A program made the position numbers and the translations under genes. Positions 36,006 through 48,473 of a stretch of 64,000 nucleotides of DNA are shown here, in pieces. How positions within the stretch are numbered: the first letter of the stretch is position 1; the number at the start of each line of letters is the position of its first letter. The notes under the pieces were generated by a model that saw only the letters and a program-made list of their open reading frames with translations, searched no databases and was not told the DNA's origin. The stretch comes from Batkoa obscura (taxonomy: Eukaryota), in assembly GCA_030770535.1 (NCBI GenBank), contig JASVEC010000019.1, positions 558,001-622,000 of the forward strand. The letters run 5' to 3'.

Positions 36006-37520
36006 TTACAAAATTTGTGTCAAAAAACAAAATAATAAAAAATAACAAAAAACATTAAGCTAAATACTCAATACAAGTGATTAACCAAATAAGCTACCAA
36101 AAACCATTAATGTAACTATCTGCGGTATTTTATAATGCACTGTATACCATAATCATAGTTTAAATACATAATTAATAATCATGATAAAAATTAAATTTTT
36201 TAATGGTAACAAAATAAATTTTTAATTTGAATAAATGGACAAAAATGGCAAAAAGTAGTCTAATTGCTTATTAACTTAATGGACTTTTATACTTCTATTA
36301 TATTTCTTAAAGGAAGCAATCCTCTCTTGATAAATAAATTTTTATATAAATACTAGAGATTAAAAGTTTGTTGTACTTTCTCCACTCTTGCTATAATGGG
36401 TCTTTTATTAAAAAAACAAAGACCTCCAGACTTTGACTTCGTAGAATAAAGTATTAGCGTTGTCTAATACCAGTAATTGAGTTGTTAATGAGTACTCTGA
36501 ATTAGGGTAAAAAGAAACAAATAATTGATTTAAATTTATTTATAAACTAGTTGGAAGCTTTTTCAAAAAATATAAAAAATACAGAACTTAAATAAAATTA
36601 ATGCTTTGACTTTGAACCAGGGATGGTATCTTAAATAGAGCAACATTACATAAATTTATAATTTGTACACCCTAGTTTTTAAACATCAATTGGTTTTATT
36701 TGTATTTGTTAAATATAAGTTAACCACAAAGTAATTGTTTTATTTTAATTAGATTTTCATATTCATTCATTTAATAATTCCCTCCTTTAAAACATTTATT
36801 ATCCATTTGAATAATCCACCTCTATTTTTAAAACATCAGAATAAGTTTATGAAATAAACAAAATGTTGTCTCAAATGATCAATTAACTTTTATACTATGT
36901 TTGTACTATTATTATATTGAAAAACCAACCAATAAATATTAAGATAAGGGTGTTCTCCGATTAATATCAAAGTAACATTAAAAGTTTACAATATTTCCAC
37001 TGAAAGGGAAAATAAGTCCAACAATCAAAAATGTTTCAGGTTAAAACCTTAAGGAGTGTTGAAAATAATATGAGAATGACTTGTTTCATTATTCTTTCTA
37101 TTTATGCATTCTAAAATTGAGAAAAGCTATTTATAAATTGTTGAAAAAAAAAGACTAGCCCTTAGATTATTCACCATCTTTATCACATCCCTTTAATTAT
37201 ACTACACTTTAGAAAAACGTGAAGCTCGTGTTTTTATTATAGTAGTTAATTGAGACATTGTTTTATTATAGGTTTACTTAATTAACTATGTTTTTTAAAA
37301 ATTTCTTCAATTTAAAAGTTGGGATGTTTATCAGAAAATACACATAAAATAACACAAAGTAATAGTACACCAATCTGCCTTAAGAGAATTACTAAATGAA
37401 GAGTAAGTCGCATTAAATTGTGATTGATAGATTACATCCGATGAGTTGGGGAAATTTTTAAGATTTAAAAAGAGAGGTGTTAGTAAAATTAATCTTTTTT
37501 AATTAAATTTAGTCTTAACA

Positions 37521-38453
37521 ATGGATATTCTTACCAGTGATAAAGTAGAATTTTCTCTTGCTTTGGCCATTATCGTATTTATTATTGGTATAATTTCAAT
37601 CGCTTTGAATGGATTAGTTGTGTATATCTCCAGTTCAAAAAACAATATAAAATATAAAATAGATTATCAGTTAATTCTTTTAATAGCTATTTTTGATATT
37701 ATTTCATCTCTATTTGTATTAGTATCCCAAACAATAGAATGGAATTCTTCAAACCCATTGGATTTTAGGACAAGCAGTTGGTGTTTATTGAGCTCAGCTA
37801 TTTACGTTCCTGCTACAGTTGCTGCATTATGTTTGACAAGTCAGTTAGCAATTATGAGATATTTGGTTATAGTTAAATCACAAAAAATATCTACCAAGCT
37901 TAATGTAGCAATTTTCACTATATTATTATGTACTATATTTTCCATTCTTGTAACTACGTCAGTTTTCCAAAACTTAAAATTAATGCCATCTGGTCTTTAT
38001 TGTATACCAGTTAATAAAGTGACAGGCTCAGCTGGAGACATTATATTTGGAATATTTGGAGTAATATTAGTAGCATCCAATTTTTTCATCATTCCTATTG
38101 CTTATCTGTTTATTTCTTTTCACTATAAAAAAGTAACTGAGAGTTTGAATGTAATTGATAAAAGATACTTAAGTTTTTCACAAAGATATTCCTCAATTCT
38201 TGGATTAGTAGGATTTTCCTTCTTTTACGTAATCTGTCTCCTACCTGAGCTTATTATGATTGCTTTTGAATCTGTCAATAGTCCCATAATAAACTCGCAT
38301 GGTATGGATAGCTTTGCCTTCATAATGTTCTTTTTAGTAACAATTTTAAATCCGCTATTTGTTCTAACGCTGCATTCAGAATCCCGTAGTGAAATATTAT
38401 CCTTATTTATGACCCATTATCGTGCTTTTAACTCAAGGGTAGAGTTAAAATAA
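37521..38453 (+). CDS. Rhodopsin-like 7TM receptor
   Basis: 'WC', 'IMRY', 'PSGLYC', 'LLPE', 'LNPLFVLTLHSESR'. Confidence 0.85.
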   Translation: MDILTSDKVEFSLALAIIVFIIGIISIALNGLVVYISSSKNNIKYKIDYQLILLIAIFDIISSLFVLVSQTIEWNSSNPLDFRTSSWCLLSSAIYVPATVAALCLTSQLAIMRYLVIVKSQKISTKLNVAIFTILLCTIFSILVTTSVFQNLKLMPSGLYCIPVNKVTGSAGDIIFGIFGVILVASNFFIIPIAYLFISFHYKKVTESLNVIDKRYLSFSQRYSSILGLVGFSFFYVICLLPELIMIAFESVNSPIINSHGMDSFAFIMFFLVTILNPLFVLTLHSESRSEILSLFMTHYRAFNSRVELK

Positions 38454-39107
38454 ACTAATGTTCCATAATTTTTCTAATATAAAATAATATCAATAATTCA
38501 TGTTTTGTTTTAAAAATAAAAGGTAGTACAAGCTTATTTAAATTAATGTTTTTAAAATTAAAAACTTGTAAAGAGTAATATCAATATTGATAAAAATTAT
38601 TATAGTAGTATCTGGACGCTGAAGTCGAATTGAAATCAAAGTATGTTACATAAATTTGTTATTTTGTTTAAGGATTTTGACTTTTAATATAAACCTAGTT
38701 AACCTTATTGCTTCTGATTGAAACTATCTAAGATTTTTTGATTAGCTTAAAGGAACAACTGTAATAATACTTAAATAAAAAATCGGGCAGCTATTTATTG
38801 AAAAGACTGAAAATTTGTTGATCAAAAAGCAAATATTTTTAGCCCAATTTAAACTTAATCAAAATACCAATGTTCCTAGTTCTAATCAGGTTTTTATTTA
38901 ATAAATAGGAAGCATCATGTTAAGCTGCTCAAATCGTCAAAAAAAACTGGAGGCGCTTTTAAAAACATAATATTAAAAACAAGTATCATTTATATGACAG
39001 CGAATCTATTTTACTGACATTATTAATGGTGGTTTGCTCCTGTACGATTTAATTTTGTTATTTCCCTCATTTTCACCAAATTCAATTGGGATTGAGTTTA
39101 TTTCATT

Positions 39108-39209
39108 ATATGGGAATATATTTGTGTTTAAGAATTTTACTAATAAATTTTCCGCTCAAACAGTACTTAAAAAATTGAAAAAATATGAAGTCAAAAAAAA
39201 CACTCATAT
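39108..39209 (-). mobile_element. MITE family copy
   Basis: Diverged consensus match; ATAT flanks. Confidence 0.8.
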
Positions 39210-39502
39210 GTTAGAGCAATTATAGAGCTAACTAATTATATAGCAATGTAAATAGCTTAAGAGACAATAAATATATTTTTAAGATTATTTTAAATACATG
39301 GCTGATTTATTAAACACTAAAATATGATGAGCTGATAGTTTGTTATCTAAATCTTATACAAGACTCTAGATATCGTTGATTTTATTTTATATAGCTATTT
39401 TGATTTATACTTATTCATAATAGTTTATTCACAAAATTGATTGTGGATAAGGTAAGCCTCAAGGAAAGTGATAACAAATACGATAATATTGTTCAATTCA
39501 TT

Positions 39503-39607
39503 ATTTGAAGATGTTTTTTTGGCTTCATTATTTTTTCCATCTTTTAAGTGCTACCTGAGTGGAAAATTTGTTAGCAAAATTCTTAAATACAAAAATACAT
39601 CCCATTT
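39503..39607 (+). mobile_element. MITE family copy
   Basis: Direct flanks ATTT/ATTT. Confidence 0.88.
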
Positions 39608-40550
39608 AATGCTAATTTTTAGAATTTTTAGATAGAATCATCTCAATATTTTCATGAATACTAAGCAATATTTTTAGTTTTTATTTTGGGCAATAATATA
39701 TGAATTTGACTAAGAATTTAGGGATTGCAATAGATCAATTCAAAATTTTAAAAGTTAAGTAGTCAAAGTTTGTATACAAATTATTAACAAGTATTATTCT
39801 ATTATTTAAAATAAAGTAATAACAGGATACAAGTCATGTTGGTCTGTTCTTATGATTGAATATTATTATTGCTAAAAATCAACGTAATTTTAAATATTAT
39901 AGTATAGTATATTTTTTATATATTAGAAGGCTTTTTAGTTTATGAAATATGTAACAAAATATTTCTTTAATACTACTTTTAAAAGCATAAGTTAAAAGCA
40001 GTTCTAACAGGTTTAATTTAAATTGAAAATTTTTCAAAAAACTAAATATTTTTTGTCTCATCTAATAGCTTCTTTATCTGCTTGAAACAATATATAATTT
40101 ACTTTCATTAATACTGTTTAGAAGCGATATTATAAATAGTACTTTTCAAATAATAATATATCATTTGTAATAGAAATTTGGATACTATTATAATTTCAAA
40201 TTTATTTAATAAATGTCTTTTCTTAAATTTATAGAAATTCTAAAAAAGTAAAACATGGAAGTCAAAATTGGATGTAAAAGTATTAGGAATAGATAATAAA
40301 TAATCGATTTTGAGCATCATTTAAAGCCTTTAAGAATGTATCATAAGCTAAAGGCAATTGTGTTTAGTAAGATAATTCAGTTACTTTTTAACTCAAGTGT
40401 TAAAGTATTTGAGTATCCTAAATTTATGGACCAAATATCAAAGGAAGGTAGGTATTTTTATATGATATAGATAAAGGAGTTTGTAAGTTAAAGTGCGTGA
40501 TTTAAATTTTGTATAAGTTCAACTAAAATTTAAAAATATCAGCCCATATT

Positions 40551-41486
40551 TTATTCTAATTCAAATTTTATATTAGAAGAATTGTATCTTTTTGTAAATA
40601 ATGATAGTAACTCATTCCGAGATTCAGAGTGCAACGTCAAGACGAATAGAGGGTTTAAAATCGTAATAAGATAAAATAAAGCAAAAGAAAAGCAATCCAT
40701 AATATGTGAACTTAACACAAAGCTATTAGTAGATTCGAAGCTAATAACAAGTAGCTCTGGTAATATACACAATAAGTAGAAAAAAGCAAATATTACTAGT
40801 CCGATAAATGATGAATACTTTTGAAAAAAACTTCGTCGAACTTTGATATGCTCTGCATTTAAATTATTAGTAATTTTCTGATAGTACCAAGAGATAGAGG
40901 TGTAGCAAATTGGAATAATGAATACATTAGGTACAACAGTTATTAAACAAAAGACTCCGAATAACAAATCACCAATTGAGCCTATCACTTTGTTGATTGG
41001 GACACAATAAAGTGCAGATGGCATCAACTTTGAATTACCATAAACTGTTGTAACGGTAAAGATAATTAATATAGCTGAGATTATAATAGCTGAAACAATC
41101 GTACTAGAGACTGTTGATATTTTATAAGATTTGACTATAATTAAATATCTCATAATTGATAATTGACTTGTTAAGCATAGTGCAATAATTGTAGATGGAT
41201 CATAAATTATCGAGCTTGCATGGCACCAAGCGCTTGTCCTAAAACTTAATGGACTGGTGGAACCCCATTCAATCATTTGGGAAATCACAACAAATAAAGA
41301 TGAAATACTATCGAAAACAGCTATTAAAAAGATCAATTGAGCATCTATTTTACTTTTCACATTGTTCTTTAAATTAGTTATATATATCACTAACCCATTT
41401 AATATAATGGAAGCTACTCCAATTATAAATACAATAACTCCTAGTGGAAGGGAAAACTTTACATCATCTTCAACCAATACCTCCAT
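40551..41486 (-). CDS. Rhodopsin-like 7TM receptor (diverged inverted paralog of 37521..38453)
   Basis: Collinear with the 37521 protein and shares the same motifs. Confidence 0.85.
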   Translation of the reverse strand: MEVLVEDDVKFSLPLGVIVFIIGVASIILNGLVIYITNLKNNVKSKIDAQLIFLIAVFDSISSLFVVISQMIEWGSTSPLSFRTSAWCHASSIIYDPSTIIALCLTSQLSIMRYLIIVKSYKISTVSSTIVSAIIISAILIIFTVTTVYGNSKLMPSALYCVPINKVIGSIGDLLFGVFCLITVVPNVFIIPICYTSISWYYQKITNNLNAEHIKVRRSFFQKYSSFIGLVIFAFFYLLCILPELLVISFESTNSFVLSSHIMDCFSFALFYLITILNPLFVLTLHSESRNELLSLFTKRYNSSNIKFELE

Positions 41487-43340
41487 TTTTATTTATTAAA
41501 TTAAAAAAAGCTCTTTTGTTGGACTGCCTTTTTATATAAGCTAATATAAACCTTATAAAGCTTAGATTGTGTAATAATTCAATTTATACTACTAATAGCC
41601 CTCAGAGCTTGTTTTAATTTGTTGATTTCCTGTTTTATTTAGTATTCCTAATTTTAACCTTAGATCTAAATTTAATTTATTGTCAGTGTTTATGACACCA
41701 ACCCGTATAATTAAAACTCCCTATTTAATATTTAATATATGAGTTTAATATAAAAAGAAATATCAATTTGATAGCCTTAGTAAAAAAATCAACGTTATGT
41801 ACTAAGTATAAGTCAATAAACCAATAGTAATTCTTACTTATGAGTAAAAAGAAAAGTAATAATTATACCAAAAGAAAAAGAGTGTAAATTATTATGCTTA
41901 AATTAAAGAAAAACTCTCCTCTTTTGTAACTTTATTTTTACTATAGATTTTTATTAAAGGCAGTGAATCAAAAATTTAACAGCCAAATTCAAAAAACCCT
42001 ATTTAAAATTGACATCACTTGACAATAAGTCAAACACATTAAAAAAATAGGTATTCTGAACCACTTTAATATAAAATTGATTTTTTGTTCTAAAGGGATG
42101 TATATACTTTGATTTATATTAAATGGGCTAATGTCTTTAGACGCGATTTTACATAGGATGTTGATATTAAGGTCTTGTAATTTTATATTAAGCTAAATTA
42201 GAAATGTTCCATAAAAGTATATTATCATTTTTATTTAATGATGCTTTATTATTATAAATATATTAAAAACAATAGCTTGTATTCAAATATAGTATTTTGT
42301 TAAATGATATTGAATTTTAACACTTTGATTTAAACCATAATTTTGACTCTAGCCTAACCTCTGAAAATATAGCCACATGTGTAACATAATAGATCCACAG
42401 TCGTTGCAATCAATATATAAATCTAATCTTACATTTTAAAAAAGCAATTATTATATTAATTATATACTGTCCTTTTGTAAAGGATATATATTAAGTATTT
42501 ATTTCTATTATTAATAAATTGGATTGTTCATTTTGGGCAAGCAACAAAAGTGAAAAAATAGACTAAAATTTTAATTATATCCAAGTTAAGCAACAATTAA
42601 AACATGCATTCTTAAAACAGGAAATATACGGATAGTCAAATTGCTGCTTTCATAACTTTATACTTTGGGTTGTAGTTATTCCATAGCCTTTGAATTCAAA
42701 ATGGAGAATTATAAATATTCGTAAGCAAAATTAACAATCTTGTATGAAAATAGCATTGTCATGTAAATGACATATATTTTAATATGTATAAGTTTTTAGC
42801 CTTCTTTAAGAAATTTTGACAATAAGATGTTTATAAAGTATAATTATATAATTATAGCAAACAATGAAATGCTATAAAATAAATCCAAGTATACATATCT
42901 TGATGAAAATATGTAATCGTAGCAACTACTGGTATATATCGATTATAATCTACTTTAAAAATTGTACAAAGAGTGGATGTTTAAGATAATGTCTATACTT
43001 AATCAATTGACCAGAATTGAATAAGATTTAACACCATTACAAATAAATGTTTAAATAGTAAATTGATATACAAGAATTTCGTAATATATAAATACTTAGC
43101 CCTATAATTCATGAAGGTAGATTGTAACAAGTAAAAGATACTAAAGATTTGAAAATATAAACCTTTTAAAAGTCAGTAAATTTCACTGCAAATTAAACTT
43201 TGACAATTATATACATTGTTAAGTTTGCTATAGGCAAACTGTTCATTAAGGATAAATACTGTACAAATTTCGCTAAAGCTTAGATTATGCTTTGGAAAAA
43301 GCAAGCACAAATAGTAGCCTAGGAAATTTTGTGAGAAACT

Positions 43341-43445
43341 ATATGGGGATGTATTTTTGTGTTTAAGAATTTTACTAACAATTTTTCCGCTAAATAGTGT
43401 TCAAAAATGGAAAAAATAATGAAGTCAAAAAAAACACTCCGATAT
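43341..43445 (-). mobile_element. MITE family copy
   Basis: Consensus match. Confidence 0.85.
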
Positions 43446-43550
43446 ATTTAAGCTTTAACAGCTATCTGATAGAGAAGTGGCTAAAGTAGATGTTTCGTCA
43501 TAATAAATTTTAATTTCAATTTTAAGTGTTACTTTTTATTTATCAATAAA

Positions 43551-44228
43551 TTAGTGGTATGGGGTAGCATTGTCATAACCATTGAAGTTAGTACCAGCAC
43601 CAATGACACCAAGTCCAGTGGATGAGCCATAGTTATTAGAAGAGCCAACAGATCCAGCTCCAGTAGCAATGATACCAACACTGTTACCTGCATTAGTACC
43701 TGAATATGGACCAAGAGATTGACCATAACTGGTACCTGAACCAGTGACACCAGATTGATTAAAGATGTTACCTTGAGAAGCTTGGAAGTTGGTAGATGAT
43801 CCAAAACCAGCAGTTCCTAAAGTGACACCAGAAGTAGAACCAGTACCGGCAGAACCTGCATAGTTACTGGTACTTCCGAAAGTAGATCCTACATTAACAA
43901 ATCCATTATCACCAGTGGCACCAGAGATAGCATTATTACCAGATGAGAAGTTATTGCTATATGGAGTAGCAGTTCCTCCAGCTACATTAGAACTGGCACC
44001 GAAAGATGAGTTTGGTCCTGAAGCAATACCAGCTGAAGTACCAGTACTAGTACTAGAGCCACTTCCAGCTGCAGCACCAAAAGATGAGTTTACAGCAACA
44101 CTTCCTCCATTAGTGATACCACCAATAGCACCTGAACCACTGACTTGAGATACAGAATTAGTTGGGACTGGAACAGCAAGGACAGAAGTCAAAGCTAAGA
44201 CAATCATGAAAGGAATAGATTTAACCAT
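43551..44228 (-). CDS. Secreted Gly/Ser/Thr/Asn-rich low-complexity protein, copy 1
   Basis: Signal peptide 'MVKSIPFMIVLALTSVLA-VPV', strongly biased codons, upstream TATATAAA. Confidence 0.85.
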   Translation of the reverse strand: MVKSIPFMIVLALTSVLAVPVPTNSVSQVSGSGAIGGITNGGSVAVNSSFGAAAGSGSSTSTGTSAGIASGPNSSFGASSNVAGGTATPYSNNFSSGNNAISGATGDNGFVNVGSTFGSTSNYAGSAGTGSTSGVTLGTAGFGSSTNFQASQGNIFNQSGVTGSGTSYGQSLGPYSGTNAGNSVGIIATGAGSVGSSNNYGSSTGLGVIGAGTNFNGYDNATPYH

Positions 44229-45332
44229 TTTGATAATTAGAGTAGTATTAGTAATTTTAATAAATTAAGAAATAGATAAAATTGATTTTTGATATTAACT
44301 GTTGATATTTTTTCTGTCATTTATATACCTTTTTTTTAAAGTATCTATTCCTAAAATTTAGTCTATTTTCTGTTTTATAATATTATCAATCAACTTTAAT
44401 CAATTGTATATTGTGTGTAATATGTTGATTTCTTACGTCGTGTGGTTTTTTCCTATTCCTTCCCCCAATTTTCCCTTAGTTTTAAAATTTCCCCTAATTT
44501 TTAATTGATTAATTTCAATCTAGCTCTAAGCTTTAATCTATTGAAGTTAATCTAGTACTAGCACGCACTAGAATTTTAGCCATTTTATGCTAAACTTTCT
44601 AACCTAAAATTGTTAGTTTGGTAGGGTGCATTCACGTAAATTTTTAGATTTTAGATTTTTAAACCATTTAAACATTATACTCACATATACTAAGAATCCT
44701 AGTATCTTTATGTTATATTAAATTATTCTCATAGTATATAATCTTAGTGTTTTTATTATTTTTCAGATACTCTATATTTTTATGTTAAAATTTCAAAAAA
44801 TCTTTATGCTATTACTATAGTTAAGGATGGAATTAATTATTTACTACTACCTCAAAGAAAGACAAAGATAAACCATAAATGATTCCTTTTAAAATAAATA
44901 GCAATATTAGTTTTAGTTTAACTGTCCTTTATTTTCATTTGATACAAAGTTAAAAACGCTTATTACTTAACTATTAAAACAGAAGCCGACACTCCCAAAT
45001 ATTCTGGTGCAATTTTGATAATTCAAAAACTCAAGTAATTTATTTGATAGGATAAAAAAACATTATAAAAATCTTTCTATGAATTAAAATATAATATGAT
45101 TAAATAAAACTAATGAACAGAACTTGATATACAACTTTTCATCATTTAAGACTAGGCACCTAATATGATAACTCAAATCGTTCTTTTAACTAAGTGAAGT
45201 TTTACTATACTAATAAAGATCAGATATTAGAATTTTTTTAAATGAGAAATTAAAATCATGACAAACAAATATTAAATTATCCAAATATTGATAATAGTAA
45301 GGGATTATATTAACTTTTGGAGATGAAATATA

Positions 45333-45433
45333 ATATAGGGATGTTTTTTTCGGTTTCACTACTTTTTCTATCCTTTAAGCGCTATTTGAGCAGAAAGATT
45401 GTTAGTAAAATTCTTAAAAATACATCCACATAT
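45333..45433 (+). mobile_element. MITE family copy (left arm)
   Basis: Consensus match; ATAT flanks. Confidence 0.88.
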
Positions 45434-45853
45434 AATTATTACATTAAAGTTGGAAAATGTGACATCAAGAGACTAATTTATGCTGAACTCAGAATTTGCT
45501 TTTGTAGCTTATGAGTAGAAGTACAATAAATAAATATATAATATACTTTTTTAAAATATAATCTTAAATACAAATTTTTTTGATCTTATATAAAAAGTGC
45601 CTATATAAACTTACTACTAACGTTTGAATTTGTTGATATATCATCAATCTAGTTTATAATATAAATTAGAGTTTAAATGGATGCTGATTTTTTGAAATTA
45701 ATTTATTTATAAAGTTAATACTGGTATTTGTTGCTATAGATCCTAGATTTTCTTTTTGAAAATTCAATTAAATTGTTCAATCAAATATATAAACAATTGA
45801 ACTAATAGTAAGAAATATAATGGTTTAAATTAGAAAATACTTTTATTAATCAA

Positions 45854-46531
45854 TTAGTGGTATGGGGTAGCATTGTCATAACCATTGAAGTTAGTACCAG
45901 CACCAATGACACCAAGTCCAGTGGATGAGCCATAGTTATTAGAAGAGCCAACAGATCCAGCTCCAGTAGCAATGATACCAACACTGTTACCTGCATTAGT
46001 ACCTGAATATGGACCAAGAGATTGACCATAACTGGTACCTGAACCAGTGACACCAGATTGATTAAAGATGTTACCTTGAGAAGCTTGGAAGTTGGTAGAT
46101 GATCCAAAACCAGCAGTTCCTAAAGTGACACCAGAAGTAGAACCAGTACCGGCAGAACCTGCATAGTTACTGGTACTTCCGAAAGTAGATCCTACATTAA
46201 CAAATCCATTATCACCAGTGGCACCAGAGATAGCATTATTACCAGATGAGAAGTTATTGCTATATGGAGTAGCAGTTCCTCCAGCTACATTAGAACTGGC
46301 ACCGAAAGATGAGTTTGGTCCTGAAGCAATACCAGCTGAAGTACCAGTACTAGTACTAGAGCCACTTCCAGCTGCAGCACCAAAAGATGAGTTTACAGCA
46401 ACACTTCCTCCATTAGTGATACCACCAATAGCACCTGAACCACTGACTTGAGATACAGAATTAGTTGGGACTGGGACAGCAAGGACAGAAGTCAAAGCTA
46501 AGACAATCATGAAAGGAATAGATTTAACCAT
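45854..46531 (-). CDS. Secreted Gly/Ser-rich protein, copy 2
   Basis: Identical 225-aa product. Confidence 0.85.
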   Translation of the reverse strand: MVKSIPFMIVLALTSVLAVPVPTNSVSQVSGSGAIGGITNGGSVAVNSSFGAAAGSGSSTSTGTSAGIASGPNSSFGASSNVAGGTATPYSNNFSSGNNAISGATGDNGFVNVGSTFGSTSNYAGSAGTGSTSGVTLGTAGFGSSTNFQASQGNIFNQSGVTGSGTSYGQSLGPYSGTNAGNSVGIIATGAGSVGSSNNYGSSTGLGVIGAGTNFNGYDNATPYH

Positions 46532-46749
46532 TTTGATAATTAGAGTAGTATTAGTAATTTTAATAAATTAAGAGATATTAGTTTGTTTTGATAATTCTTT
46601 TGAGTATTATTTCGAGTGTTTATATATCTTTATTTTTATGAATGTTTGGTTAATTGATTTATTTTTTGATTTTCACACATACTAAATTTTTGGCTTGTTT
46701 TAAATTTATCACCCCTTATAGTAAATTAGAATTAGATGGACATTCTAGA

Positions 46750-46855
46750 ATATGGGGATGTATTTTTGTATTTAAGAGTTTTGCTAACAATATTTCCACT
46801 CAAATAGCGCTTAAAAAATGGAAAAGTAATAAAACCAAAAAAAACATCTACAATT
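46750..46855 (-). mobile_element. MITE family copy
   Basis: Consensus match. Confidence 0.88.
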
Positions 46856-46863
46856 GTTGTCAA

Positions 46864-47184
46864 GTTTATGTTGAAGGATCTTAAATGTCAAAGAAAAATG
46901 CATCTTCAACAAATAAAAAGATTTCTAGATAAATATTAAGCAAAAACGTTCTTAATTCAGCTTTGCAATTCTATTATGACCCAATTTGTGGTAATTTAGA
47001 GCCAAAATTTGTTAATCTAGTTCTTAGATCCTGATTTAAAATTCTCTCAAATAAATGGTCAATTAGGGTTATGATAGAATTGCAAAGCTGAATTAAGAAC
47101 GTTTTTGCTTAATATTTATCTAGAAATCTTTTTATTTGTTGAAGATGCATTTTTCTTTGACATTTAAGACCCTTAAACACAAAC
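46864..47184. repeat. Foldback hairpin: perfect 96-bp stem 46879-46974 / 47074-47169, imperfectly extendable to ~120 bp
   Basis: Paired coordinates sum to 94048; loop about 80 nt. Confidence 0.9.
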
Positions 47185-47936
47185 GACAGACCTATATTTA
47201 ATTTTCAAAAGCTTAAACTGAGTAGCCATTTGGGTAGTAATTTTATAGTACTTTACTTTCTCCCTAAAATTAAAAAATACTAGGCCAGTTCAAAAATAAA
47301 ATTTAATGGAACCAAAATCTATACTAAAATGAATAGAACAATATAACACGGACTTTATTGCAACTAACTACGCCTTTCGGTAATACTAAAACAACACATT
47401 ATATATGAACTATATTTTATGAGACGGGTCTTAATATTAAAAGTGTTTACTATATTTCAAACTTTTAGCTCCTAAGTGCAATTTTTAGATGCATATCTAA
47501 GGTGTCTATTTGCACACAATTCTTTCGTTTAAAGCCTCAAGTCAAGAAACTGCTTAGCTAGTGCTTGAGCTTAAAATTTAACAGAATTTCAAGATTTTTT
47601 ATCAATATATTTTGTGTAATAATTTGAACTAAACTTTAAGGCTTAAGTCATAATCATTTGATTTTATTCCTTTGCATAATATGAATTTTTTAAATACATT
47701 AACACCCATGTTAGACCCCAATTTAAAACCATCTAAAATTAACTAAACTTTTTTATTTGCTTATTATCTCTTATTTGACCTCCATAACAATAGATTGAGT
47801 TCAATTATATTATTAAAAATCTAGAAGTGATTTAACTCTAGTTTAGATTGATGTGTCTAATAAAAAGTATATAACCATCTTTAACAACAACAAAAAAAGT
47901 TAACAATATTTATCAACACTAATAATTTATTACCTA

Positions 47937-48473
47937 ATGAGATCTTTTTTAATTACTGTAACATTAGCTGCTTTAGCAGGTGTTAACTCTTATACTGTTA
48001 CTCCTCCAAGTTATAAGACTCCACCTGTGACTCCACCTGGTTACAACGCTCCTCCAGTGTCCCCACCAGGTTATAATACTCCTCCTGTATCTCCACCAGG
48101 TTATAATACTCCTCCTGTATCTCCACCAGGCTATAATACTCCTCCTGTATCTCCACCAGGCTATAACACTCCTCCTGTATCTCCACCAGGCTATAATACT
48201 CCTCCTGTATCTCCACCAGGCTATAACACTCCTCCTGTATCTCCTCCTGGAGACTATACTCCTCCTGTATCTCCACCAGGTTATAATACTCCTCCTGTAT
48301 CTCCACCAGGCTATAATACTCCTCCTGTATCTCCACCAGGTTATAATACTCCTCCTGTATCTCCTCCTGGCGATTATACTCCTCCTATATCTCCACCAGG
48401 TTATAACACTCCTCCTGTATCTCCACCAGGCTATAATACTCCTCCTGTATCCCCACCATCTAGCTATTACTAA
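47937..48473 (+). CDS. Secreted Pro/Tyr-rich decapeptide-repeat protein (extensin-like)
   Basis: Signal peptide then 15 x YNTPPVSPPG-type repeats, ending SSYY; TATA-like element at ~47868. Confidence 0.85.
   Translation: MRSFLITVTLAALAGVNSYTVTPPSYKTPPVTPPGYNAPPVSPPGYNTPPVSPPGYNTPPVSPPGYNTPPVSPPGYNTPPVSPPGYNTPPVSPPGYNTPPVSPPGDYTPPVSPPGYNTPPVSPPGYNTPPVSPPGYNTPPVSPPGDYTPPISPPGYNTPPVSPPGYNTPPVSPPSSYY
48012..48461 (+). repeat. Coding tandem repeat, 15 x 30 bp
   Basis: Unit ~TATAATACTCCTCCTGTATCTCCACCAGGT with mostly synonymous variation. Confidence 0.95.

Noticed and set aside
48012..48461. 30-bp repeats as a CRISPR array; antisense ORF 47998..48336
   Set aside because: No spacers; an in-frame coding repeat in a eukaryotic secreted protein. 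The antisense ORF is a shadow.
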